Shown one piece after another: positions 1-16,015 of a DNA stretch of 64,000 nt (position 1 is the stretch's first letter; each line of letters starts with the position of its first letter). Position numbers and translations under genes: made by a program. The DNA is from an uncultured Alphaproteobacteria bacterium (GTDB lineage Bacteria; Pseudomonadota; Alphaproteobacteria; Rhizobiales; Xanthobacteraceae): positions 240,056 through 304,055 of the forward strand of contig CAVPTV010000007.1 of NCBI GenBank assembly GCA_963708765.1, in the 5' to 3' direction. The notes under the pieces were generated by a model. The model made no database searches and was not told the origin of the DNA. It worked only from the letters and a program-made list of their open reading frames with translations.

Positions 1-787
1 GGACGCAGTGGTCCTTGGCCTGATCGGCCTCGTACAGTCCGCCGGTCGACTGCACGATCAGGAACGAGCCGGAAAACCCGTCGCTGCGGATGTGATCGTC
101 GATCTCGCCGATGTAGCGGCGCACGATCGGCCCGATATAGGCGTTGGCCACCACGGTCGAGCAGCGCTCGAACTCGCGATACTCCTCGGACAACTCGTGC
201 GAGGCCGAGACGAACATGCTCGGGTGGTTGCGCTCCAGGATCGCCTTGGCGCGCGCCTCGTGATCGTGCCTGGCGTAGCAGTTGAGAAACAGAATGCCGG
301 CGGCTTCCACGCCGAGCCGCTCCAGCAGCCGGCCGAATTCGGCGATCTCGGCCTCGTCGAGCGGCGTCTCGATCTCGCCGTCGGCCAGCACGCGCTCCTT
401 GACCTCGAACCGCAGCGCCCGCTCGACCAGCGGCTCGTGCTTCTGGAAGAACAGATTGTAGGCGTCCGGCCGGTTGATGCGGCCGATCTCGTAGATGTCG
501 CGGAAGCCTTCGGTGATGAGCAGCGCGGTCCTGGCGCCCTTGCGCTCGAGGATGGTGTTGATGGCGATGGTCGAGCCGTGCAGGAACAGCCCGGCGGCCT
601 GGTAGCTCGATCCCGCCTTCTCGACCCCCGCGTTGATGCCCTCGACCAGCCGCTCCGGCGTCGACAGCGCCTTGCCGAAGGTCAGGTTGCCGGTGCGGTC
701 ATCGAAGGCCGCGATATCCGTGAAGGTGCCGCCGATGTCGGCGGCCAGGCGAAGGTTGCTCGCTCGTGGTCGTTTACGCTGATCCAT
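1..787 (-). CDS. hyuA: Hydantoinase/oxoprolinase family protein (HyuA-like). N-terminal ~262 codons; the rest lies beyond the left window edge.
   Basis: Hand translation of the minus strand from ATG (complement of 785-787) gives MDQRKRPRASNLRLAADIGGTFTD, which contains the DIGGTFTD motif of the hydantoinase A/oxoprolinase N-domain. It is still in frame at 1-58 (IVQSTGGLYEADQAKDHCV). It is absent from the ORF track because it has no stop in the window. The + ORF 8..817 is its antisense shadow. Confidence 0.85.
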   Translation of the reverse strand, partial: MDQRKRPRASNLRLAADIGGTFTDIAAFDDRTGNLTFGKALSTPERLVEGINAGVEKAGSSYQAAGLFLHGSTIAINTILERKGARTALLITEGFRDIYEIGRINRPDAYNLFFQKHEPLVERALRFEVKERVLADGEIETPLDEAEIAEFGRLLERLGVEAAGILFLNCYARHDHEARAKAILERNHPSMFVSASHELSEEYREFERCSTVVANAYIGPIVRRYIGEIDDHIRSDGFSGSFLIVQSTGGLYEADQAKDHCV

Positions 788-1395
788 GGGCCGGGCGATG
801 GGGTGATTGGGGGCTGAACAGGCCGCGACGTCGGTGGGCTCGCTCCGCGCCGCGCTTGCGGGTCGGGGGCTCGGACGACTAGCATGGCGGGGTCGAGTCT
901 GGAAATTTCCCGCCGGAGCCCGCCGGCCCGCATGGCGATACAGGGCTGCGCTCCGGGCCGGGCCGGTCGTGAAAAGCAACCTGCGGCACTTTGCGGCGGG
1001 CGGCGTCGGCGGGCGACCAATTCCGGGTAAGTCGGCTCTAACCGGCACATAAAAAAATTTGTGGTACGCGGGAACCAAAGAACCGCGAGTTCGTTCGGCC
1101 GTCAGGTGGTGCTCCGTGCCGCGGCGCGCCAAGGGGTCGTTTATGGCTGGATTGGTCGGATTTCAGGAAATCAGTCCTCGTTTGACGTGCAGCGACGCGG
1201 AACGGCCCCTCGGGTCGGTTTCGCCGGCGCGTGGCGTCATGGGGCGCCCGTGAGCGCGCGCGCTCACGGAGCTTTTCCTTCGACGACGGCGTCCCGGTCC
1301 GGCAATTCACAGATTTAGCGTGGGAGAACGGCTGCGTCCGTGGCCTCCCGCCGCGTCAGCAACGATCGAGCCTCGGATAAGTCTTGGAGGAAGCG

Positions 1396-7718
<6,323 letters not shown>

Positions 7719-7742
7719 CGTATCAGGGGCGGAGAAAAGCCG

Positions 7743-9669
7743 ATGGTTTCGGACGACAACGTCAATATCCTGCTGGTCGACGACCAGCCCGCCAAGCTGC
7801 TCAGCTACGAGACGATTCTCGCGGGCTTGGGAGAGAATCTGATCAAGGCGGCGTCCGCCCGGGAGGCGCTCGAGCAGCTGCTCAAGCAGGATATTGCCGT
7901 CATCCTGGTGGACGTCTGCATGCCGGAGCTCGACGGGTTCCAGCTGGCGGCGATGATCCGCGAGCATCCGCGTTTCCAGCGCACCGCCATCATCTTCATA
8001 TCGGCGATCCACCTGACCGACGTCGACCGCCTGCGCGCCTATGAGATGGGCGCCGTGGACTACGTCCCGGTCCCGGTCATTCCGGAGGTGCTGCGGGCGA
8101 AGGTCAAGATCTTCGCCGAGCTGTACCGCAAGACCCGCCAGCTCGAGCAGCTCAACCGCGAGCTCGAACGGCGCGTCGCCGAGCGAACGGCGGAGCTCGA
8201 AGCCTCGACCACGGGGCTGGTGCAGAGCGAGCAGCGGCGCAGCCTGGCGCTGGCCGCCGGCCGCATGGGATCGTGGGACTGGGATCCGGTCGCCGGCCAT
8301 TTCGCGTGGGACGACGGGCAATATCGGATTTTCGGCGTCGATCCCGAGAGCTTCGCCCTCACGATCGAGAATATCCGGGCGCTGATTCATCCCGACGACT
8401 GGAGTCACTTGCAGAACGCCATCAAGCCGACGCGCGCAGAGCAGTCCGGCGTTCCAGACCGAGTTTCGCGTGATCCGTCCGGACGGGCAGCTGCGCTGGT
8501 GCATCGGGACCGCGGTGGCGAGCATGGACGCGACCGATCATGTCGTGCGCATCAGCGGGGTCACGGTCGACATCACCGAGCGCAAGGAAGCCGAGGAGCG
8601 GCAGGTGCTGCTGGCGCGCGAGGTCGATCATCGCGCGCGCAACGCGCTGGCGTTGGTGCAATCGATCGTGCGCCTGACCCGCGCCGACACCATCAAGTCC
8701 TATATCGCGGCGGTCGAGGGGCGCATCGGCGCGCTGTCGCGCGCGCACACGCTGCTGGCGCAGAGCCGCTGGCAGGGCGCCGACCTGGCACGGCTGGCCG
8801 ACGAGGAGCTTGCCGCCTATCGCACGGGCGACGCCGACAAGATCGTCGTGCGCGGCCCCGACCTGTCGCTCGAGCCGCGCACCGCGCAGACGCTGGCGCT
8901 CGCGCTGCACGAGCTCTCCACCAACGCGGCCAAATATGGCGCGCTTTCGGAGCTGGCGGGCCGGGTGTCGCTGACCTGGGAGCTCAAGCCCGACCGCCTG
9001 GTGTTGCGATGGACGGAGACCGACGGACCACCCGTCCAGGCGCCGGCTTCGCCGGGCTTCGGCATCCGGGTGATCGGCGCCAGCGTCGAACGCCAGCTCG
9101 AAGGCGAAGCGGCGTTCGACTGGCGGCCGGAAGGGCTCTGTTGCACGCTGTCGGTGCCGCGCAGCGAGCAGATCGGCATCCTGGCGCATGACGGCGTGGG
9201 ACGGCGGACGAACGGCGAGGACAAATCGCAGCTTCCGTTGCAGCTCGCGACCGGCAACCGTGTCCTGCTGGTCGAGGACGAGATCCTGGTCGCCATGATG
9301 ATGCGGGACATCCTGACCGAGCTCGGATTTTCCGTCATCGGCCCGTTCAGCCGGGTCGCGGAAGCCATGGTGGCGGCCGTGCATGAGGAATTCGACGCCG
9401 GCATCATCGACATCAATCTCGGGGGCGAGTTCGTCTATCCGGTCGCCGACGTGCTGGTGGCGCGAAAGATCCCGTTCGTCTTCATCACCGGCTACGGGGT
9501 GGAGAGCATCGACAGCCGCTTTGCCAACGTGCCGATCCTCAAGAAGCCGATCCAACGGCAGGTGCTGCAGAGCATCTTCGTCACCGCCGACAGCGACGGG
9601 CCGACGAAAATGGCACGTGGACGCTACGGCGCCCGCTTGCGCCGCCCGCTATCGGTCGGACAGCCGTAA
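7743..9669 (+). pseudogene. REC-PAS-HWE histidine kinase-REC signalling protein. One frameshift near 8447.
   Basis: ORF 7743..9191 covers the N-terminal part: receiver ILLVDDQ..ILVDVCMPELDG, then a PAS-like segment. ORF 8470..9669 continues with FQTEFRVIRPDGQLRW. HWE-type kinase motifs are HRARNALALVQSIVRL, ELSTNAAKYGAL, LRWTETDGP and GFGIRVI. The C-terminal receiver shows VLLVEDE..IIDINLGGE..KKP. Confidence 0.8.
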
Positions 9670-9797
9670 TGGACCCGTCGTTTCTTGACGTGACGGAGCC
9701 GCGCGCCGCTGCATAGATTTTCAGCGGCCCTGCCGTCCGGCTAGCCACGGTCGGACGGCATGGAACCCGAAAAATCGAAATACTCCAATTAAATCAA

Positions 9798-9826
9798 CAG
9801 CAAGGAGCCTGGCACGCTCCTTGCTG
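9798..9826 (+). promoter_or_regulatory. Perfect 11-bp stem hairpin in the nirA leader. Candidate regulatory or antitermination structure.
   Basis: cagcaaggagc (9798-9808), loop ctggcac, gctccttgctg (9816-9826). It lies in the 232-bp gap between the HWE kinase stop (9669) and the nirA start (9902). Two further hairpins lie upstream: 9705-9728 and 9731-9760. Confidence 0.5.
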
Positions 9827-9848
9827 CTTTGCAGCATGACGCAATGGC

Positions 9849-9877
9849 GCGGGGCGGGAGACCGAACCCCGCTTTTT
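9849..9877 (+). terminator. Intrinsic-terminator-like hairpin plus T5 tract, 25 nt upstream of the nirA start codon.
   Basis: gcgggg (9849-9854) pairs with ccccgc (9867-9872), with inner cgg/ccg pairs, and is followed directly by ttttt (9873-9877). SD gggaga and ATG 9902 follow. Confidence 0.55.
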
Positions 9878-9901
9878 GCGCGTGTGCTGCAAGGGAGAGC
9901 G

Positions 9902-11680
9902 ATGTCCGGCGACTTCAACCCTGAGCAAAAGCGCTATTTGGAAGGCTTCGTCACCGGCCTGCAGATCGCCAGATCGACGCGCGGCCAAGGAACCGCTCCC
10001 GGCGCCGCTGCCGCCGGCGCGGCCGAGCCGACCGGTCCCGACGCCGAGCATTGGCGCGCGCAGGCGCGCGTCCTCAAGGCCGGCGGCAAGCTCTCCGAGC
10101 AGGAGAAATTCAAGCGCGAGCTGCACCCGTTCGACGGCTACGACCGCCTGAAGGCGCAGGCGGCGAGCAACGAGTATCCCAAGCCGCCCGACAATTTCCG
10201 CTGGCGCTTCTTCGGCCTGTTCTACGTGGCGCCGAACCAGAACTCCTACATGTGCCGGCTGCGGATGCCGAACGGCATCCTCACGCATTGGCAATTCGCC
10301 GGCGTCGCCGACCTGGCGGAGCGCTACGGCGGCGGCTACGCCCATGTCACCACCCGCGCCAATCTGCAGGTGCGCGAGGTCGAGGCCAAGAACGCCGTCG
10401 CCATGCTGGAGGCGATCCAGGACCTCGGGCTCTGCTCGCGCGGCTCCGGCGCCGACAACATCCGCAACGTCACCGGCACGCCGACCGCCGGCATCGATCC
10501 GCAAGAGCTGATCGACACGCGGCCGTACGCGCGCGAATGGCATTTCCACATCCTCAACGAGCGCGCGCTCTACGGCCTGCCGCGCAAGTTCAACGTCGCG
10601 TTCGACGGCGGCGGCATCATCCCGGCGCTGGAGGACACCAACGACATCGGCTTCCAGGCGGTCGAGGTGAAGGACGGCTTCGGGGTCGAGCCCGGCGTCT
10701 GGTTCCGCCTGATGGTCGGCGGCATCACCGGGCACCGGGACTTCGCGCACGAGACCGGCGTGGTGGTGAGGCCGGCCGACGCCACCAAGGTGGCGGACGC
10801 CATCGTGCGGGTCTACATCGACCACGGCGACCGCACCGACCGCAACAAGGCGCGGCTCAAATACGTCATCGACCGCATGGGCATGGACAAGGTCATGGCC
10901 CTGGTCGAGGAGAAGCTCGGCCGCAAGCTCGACCGGGTCGCGCCGCAGGCGCTGGCGCCGCGCCCGCCGTTCGACCGCGCCGCCCATATCGGGGTGCATC
11001 CGCAGAAGCAGCCGCAGCTGAACTGGATCGGCGTGGTGCTGCCGGTCGGCAAGATGACCGCCGCCCAGATGCGCGGCCTCGCCGAGATCGCGCGCGAGCT
11101 CGGCGACGGCGATATCAGGCTGACGGTCTGGCAGAACCTGCTGATCTCGGGCGTGCCGTCCGACCAGGTCGCGGCCGCGCAGGCGAAGATCGATGCGCTC
11201 GGCCTCTCCACCAAGGCGACCTCGATCCGCGCCGGCCTGGTCGCCTGCACCGGCAATGTGGGCTGCAAGTTCGCGGCCTCCGACACCAAGCGGCACGCCG
11301 AGGAGATCGCGCGCTGGTGCGAAAGCCGCGTCGAGCTCGACGGCCCGGTGAACATCCATCTCACCGGCTGTCACCACTCCTGCGCGCAGCACTACATCGG
11401 CGACATCGGGCTGCTGGCCTGCAAGGTGCAGACCTCGGAGGACGGCGATACCGTCGAGGGCTACCACATCCACGTCGGCGGCGGGTTCGGCCCGGATGCG
11501 GCGATCGCTTCCGAAATCTACCACGACGTCAAGGCCGAGGACGCGCCGCGCATGGTCGAGCGCCTGCTCAAGGCCTATCTGGCGCACCGCACCTCGCCGC
11601 AGGAAAGCTTCCTCGCCTTCACCCGCCGACACGTGATTGACGTACTGCGCTCCCTGGCCGAGCGCGAGGTGGTCGAATGA
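9902..11680 (+). CDS. nirA: Siroheme/[4Fe-4S] nitrite (sulfite)-reductase hemoprotein, NirA type.
   Basis: Intact ORF; the track begins it at 9821, but ATG 9902 follows an SD and the leader terminator. The product starts MSGDFNPEQKRYLEGFVTGL. Cysteine cluster motifs CTGNVGCKF and LTGCHHSCAQHYIGDIG are typical of the NirA/CysI siroheme-binding site. Its stop overlaps the next start (ATGA at 11677-11680). Confidence 0.85.
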   Translation: MSGDFNPEQKRYLEGFVTGLQIARSTRGQGTAPGAAAAGAAEPTGPDAEHWRAQARVLKAGGKLSEQEKFKRELHPFDGYDRLKAQAASNEYPKPPDNFRWRFFGLFYVAPNQNSYMCRLRMPNGILTHWQFAGVADLAERYGGGYAHVTTRANLQVREVEAKNAVAMLEAIQDLGLCSRGSGADNIRNVTGTPTAGIDPQELIDTRPYAREWHFHILNERALYGLPRKFNVAFDGGGIIPALEDTNDIGFQAVEVKDGFGVEPGVWFRLMVGGITGHRDFAHETGVVVRPADATKVADAIVRVYIDHGDRTDRNKARLKYVIDRMGMDKVMALVEEKLGRKLDRVAPQALAPRPPFDRAAHIGVHPQKQPQLNWIGVVLPVGKMTAAQMRGLAEIARELGDGDIRLTVWQNLLISGVPSDQVAAAQAKIDALGLSTKATSIRAGLVACTGNVGCKFAASDTKRHAEEIARWCESRVELDGPVNIHLTGCHHSCAQHYIGDIGLLACKVQTSEDGDTVEGYHIHVGGGFGPDAAIASEIYHDVKAEDAPRMVERLLKAYLAHRTSPQESFLAFTRRHVIDVLRSLAEREVVE

Positions 11681-13321
11681 GCTCGTCGCCGCGCGCGCCG
11701 ATTCCCTCGCTGATCCCGGAGACGGCGCCGTTCAGCGCCGAGCAGCGGGTCTGGCTCAATGGCCTGTTCGCCGGGCTGTTGTCGCTCGAGCAGGGCGTCA
11801 CGCCGCTGTCGCCCGAGCAGGCGGCGGCGTTGCTGCCCGGCGGCTTCGATCTGGGTGCGCCAGCCGCCCAAAGCACCGAGGACGACGACGATGCGCCATG
11901 GCACGACCCCGCCATGGCGCTCCCCGAACGCATGAAGCTCGCCGAAGGTCGGCCGCTGCGCCGGCGGTTGATGGCGGCAATGGGCCAACAGGACTGCGGA
12001 CAATGCGGATACAACTGTCAGGACTATTCCGACGCGATCTTTTCACAAAAGGAAAAGCAGCTGAATCTCTGCGTGCCCGGCGGGAAGGAAACCGCCCGCA
12101 TGCTCAAGGCGCTGCATCAGGAGCTGGGCAGCCCACCGGCGGCGCCGGCCGCACCGACGACCAAGACCCCGACGCCTGCCGCTGCTACGGCTGCGCCAAC
12201 CGCCGCGCCGGGCCGTTCGCGCGAAAATCCGGCCGAGGCGGTTTTTTCGTCACGCACGCGCCTCAATAAACCGGGCTCCGCCAAGGAGACCTGGCACATC
12301 GAATTCGATCTCGACGGGAGCGGAGATCGACTATGCGGTGGGCGACGCCTTCGGGTTGTTTCCGACCAACGAGCCGGCGCTCGCCGACGCGGTGATCGCG
12401 GCACTCGGTGCGCCGGCGGATTTTCCGATCGGCGACCGCGCGCTGCGCGAGGTGCTGATCGACGGCGTGTCGCTCGGCGCGGCGCCCGACATGCTGTTCC
12501 AGCTGTTCTCCTACGTCACCGGCGGCGAACGGCGGCAGAAGGCGAAGGCGCTCGCCGACGGAGGAGACCCCGACGGCGACGCCGCCACGCTCGACGTGCT
12601 CGCCGCCATCCAGAAATTTTCCGGCGTGCGCCCCGATCCGGAGGCGTTCGTCGAGGCGCTCGATCCGCTGCAGCCGCGGCTCTACTCGATCGCCTCGTCG
12701 CCCAAGGTCGACCCCAGGCGGCTCGCGCTCACCGTCGATTCGGTGCGCTATCCGATCAACGGCCGCACCCGGCTCGGCGTCGCCTCCACGTTTCTCGCCG
12801 ACCGCGTGAGGCCGGGCGACCGACTCAAGGTCTATGTCCAGAAGGCGCAGCACTTCGGCCTGCCGGCCGACCCGTCGGTGCCGATCATCATGATCGGCCC
12901 GGGCACCGGCATCGCGCCGTTCCGCGCCTTTTTGCATGAGCGCATGGCGACCAAGGCACCGGGCCGCAACTGGCTGTTCTTCGGGCATCAGCGCAGCAGC
13001 TACGACTTCTTCTACGAGGACGAGCTCGCCGGCATGAAGGCCGCGCGCGTGCTCACCCGCCTCACGCTCGCCTGGTCGCGCGACGGCGAGCAGAAGATCT
13101 ACGTGCAGGACCGCATGCGCGAGGTCGGCCGCGATCTGTGGGCGTGGCTCGCCGAAGGCGCGCATGTCTATGTCTGCGGCGACGCCAAGCACATGGCGCG
13201 GGACGTGGAGCGCGCGCTCATCGACGTGGTGGCGACCTTCGGCGTGCGCTCGACCAACGAGGCGGTTTCGTTCGTCGCCGATCTCAAGAAGAGCGGCCGC
13301 TATCAGCAGGACGTGTACTGA
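11677..13321 (+). pseudogene. CysJ-like FAD/NADPH oxidoreductase (FNR-type module) with a Cys-rich N-terminal domain instead of a flavodoxin domain. One frameshift near 12322.
   Basis: ORF 11677 joins ORF 12338 across LDGS-EIDYAVGDAFG. Motifs are RLYSIASSP (FAD), GPGTGIAPFRAF (NADPH) and the C-terminal GRYQQDVY as in CysJ. The N-terminal ~190 aa carry CGQCGYNC..C and a Pro/Ala/Thr linker, with no flavodoxin motifs. Confidence 0.8.
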
Positions 13322-13329
13322 GGCACGCA

Positions 13330-16015
13330 ATGAACGCGCACGTGCAGATCGAGCCGGCGGTGCGCACGACCTGTCCCTATTGCGGCGTCGGCTGCGGCCT
13401 GATCGTCGCAACCGGATGGACACGGCGGCGCCGCGGTCACGGGCGATCCCGACGCATCCGGCGAATTTCGGACGCACCTGCTCGAAGGGCTCGGCACTCG
13501 GCGAGACGCTCGCGCTCGACGGCCGCCTGCTGCATCCCATGCTGCGGCAAGGCGACGGCACGCTCGCGCGCGTCGGCTGGCCGCAGGCGCTCGACGCGGT
13601 GGCCGAGGGCTTTGGCCGCATCATCGCGCGGGACGGGCCGAACGCGGTCGCCTTCTATCTCTCCGGCCAGTTGCTGACCGAGGACTATTACGTCGCCAAC
13701 AAGCTGATGAAGGGTTTTCTCGGCTCGGCCAATGTCGACACCAATTCGCGGCTGTGCATGGCCTCATCGGTCGCCGGCCACCGCCGCGCCTTCGGCGCCG
13801 ACACCGTGCCGGGGAGCTACGCGGACCTCGACGAGGCCGACCTGATCGTGCTGGTCGGCTCGAACGCCGCCTGGTGCCATCCGGTGCTGTTCCAGCGCAT
13901 GATGCACAACAAGGCCGAGCGCGGCGCGCGCATCGTGGTGATCGATCCGCGCCGGACCGTGACGGCCGAGGAGGCCGACCTGTTCCTGCCGATCGCGCCG
14001 GGCACCGACACGGCGCTGTTCTGCGGGCTGCTGGTCGAGCTCGCCGAACGCGGCGCGATCGACGGCGCCTATGTGGACGCCCACACGCAGCGGCTTTGCC
14101 GAAGCGCTTGGCGCGCGCGCGCGAGATCGCGCCGGACCTGGCGGCGACCGCCCGCGCCACCGGCCTCGACGAAGGCGCGGTCGCGCATTTCTTCGATCTG
14201 TTCCACGCCAGCGCGCGCGTCGTCACCTGCTATTCGCAAGGCGTCAACCAGTCGGCGCAGGGCACCGACAAGGTCGACGCCATCATCAACTGCCACCTGG
14301 CCACCGGGCGCATCGGCAAGCCCGGCATGGGGCCGCTCTCGCTCACCGGCCAGCCCAATGCGATGGGCGGGCGCGAGGTCGGCGGGCTCGCCAATCAGCT
14401 CGCCGCCCATATGGGTTTCACGCCTCCCGAGATCGACCGCGTGCGCCGGTTCTGGAACGCGCCCCACATGGCGACGCGCGAAGGTCTCAAGGCCGTACAG
14501 ATGTTCGAGGCGATCGAGCGCGGCGAGATCAAGGCGCTGTGGGTGATGGCGACCAATCCGGCGGTATCGCTGCCGCGCGCCGGCGCCATGCGCGAAGCGC
14601 TCGGCAAGCTCGAGCTGTTCGTCGTTTCCGAGAATGTGCGCTCGAACGACACCGTGAATGCGGGCGCGCACGTGCTGCTGCCGGCCGCCGCCTGGGGCGA
14701 GAAGGACGGCGCCGTCACCAATTCGGAGCGGCGAGTCTCACGCCAGCGCGCTTTCCTGCCGTTGCCCGGCGAAGCCAAGCCGGACTGGTGGATCGTGTCG
14801 GAGGTGGCGCGGCGCATGGGGTTCGCCGAGGCCTTCGCGTACCGCTCGGCCGCCGACGTGTTCCGCGAGCACGCCGCCTTGTCGGCGTTCGAGAACGACG
14901 GCGCACGCGACCTCGATCTCGGCGGCCTCGCCGACATCACGGATGACGCCTACGACACGCTCGAGCCGGTGCAGTGGCCGCTGCGCGCGGGCGAGGCGCC
15001 GAGCGATAGCCGCTTCTTCGCCGCCGGCGGCTTCTTCACGCCCGACCGCAAGGCGCGCTTCGTGGCGCCCGAGCCGCCGGCGCTGCGGGAAGCGACCTCG
15101 GATGCGTTTCCGTTCCGGCTCAACACCGGCCGCATCCGCGACCAGTGGCACACGATGACGCGCACCGGGTTGAGCGCACGGCTGGCCACGCATCTGCCGG
15201 AGCCGTTCGTCGAGGTGCATCCGCGCGATGCCGCCACCGCGGGCCTCACCGACGGCGGCTTGGCGCGGGTCTCGACGCCGCACGGCGCCTGCGTGGTCAA
15301 GGTCGTGGTCAGCGACGGCCAGCAGCCCGGCTCGCTGTTCGTGCCGATCCATTGGAGCGCAGAGACCGCCTCCTGCGCGCGCGTCGGCGACCTCATCTCG
15401 CCGCACACCGATCCGTATTCCGGCCAGCCCGAGGCGAAGGCGACGCCGGCCGCCATTGCACCGGTTGCGCTGACGCTGCGCGGCTTCACCCGGACCCGGA
15501 CGCACCGCGCCGTCGCGCTGCCGGCCGGAACCTGGTGGGTGCGCGTGGCGGTCGCCGACGGGGCGGAATATCGGCTGGCGACCAGCCAAGGCCCGATGGT
15601 CTGGCACGATTTCGCGTACCGGGCGCTCGCCGGCGAGGCGGCGCTGGCAGAGCAGCTCGATGGCCAAATCTATCGCGCGGCGGCCTTCGTCGACGGCGAG
15701 CTCGACGGCTGCCTGTGCGTCGGCCCGGCCGACGCACCGCTGCAATGGGACACGGCGGCGCTGCACGGCGCCGATGGCGCCGACGGCGCGCGGCTGACGG
15801 CACGCATCTCGAGCGACCCGATCGGCGCCACCGAGCCGGTGATCTGCGCGTGCTTCGGGGTCGGCGTCGAAGCGGTGCGGCAAGCCATTTCCTGCGGCAC
15901 CGTGCGGACCGTCGCGGAGATCGGCCGCGCGCTGCGCGCCGGCACCAACTGCGGATCGTGCCTGCCCGAGCTGAAGCAACTCATCGTCCATGAACGCATC
16001 ACGCATCCCAACTGA
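13330..16015 (+). pseudogene. nasA: Assimilatory nitrate reductase catalytic subunit (molybdopterin, NasA/NasC type) with a C-terminal BFD-like [2Fe-2S] domain. Four frameshifts.
   Basis: The N-terminal [4Fe-4S] motif is TCPYCGVGCG. The sequence continues as GDPDHPANFGRTCSKGSALG and onward through the molybdopterin oxidoreductase body. The tail shows CACFGVG..NCGSCLPEL. Frames step 1->2->0->1->2, with extra bases near 13410, 13454, 14088 and 14110. Confidence 0.85.

Noticed and set aside
8-817. 269-aa + strand ORF at the left edge.
   Set aside because: It is the antisense shadow of the hyuA-like gene. Its translation is R/A/G/L/D-rich with no motif, whereas the minus strand reads a clean hydantoinase N-terminus.
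9794-11632. 612-aa minus-strand ORF opposite nirA, and the alternative + frame ORF 10051..11640.
   Set aside because: Both have off-frame composition (R/A/G/P-rich). The 9902..11680 frame carries the siroheme/[4Fe-4S] cysteine motifs.
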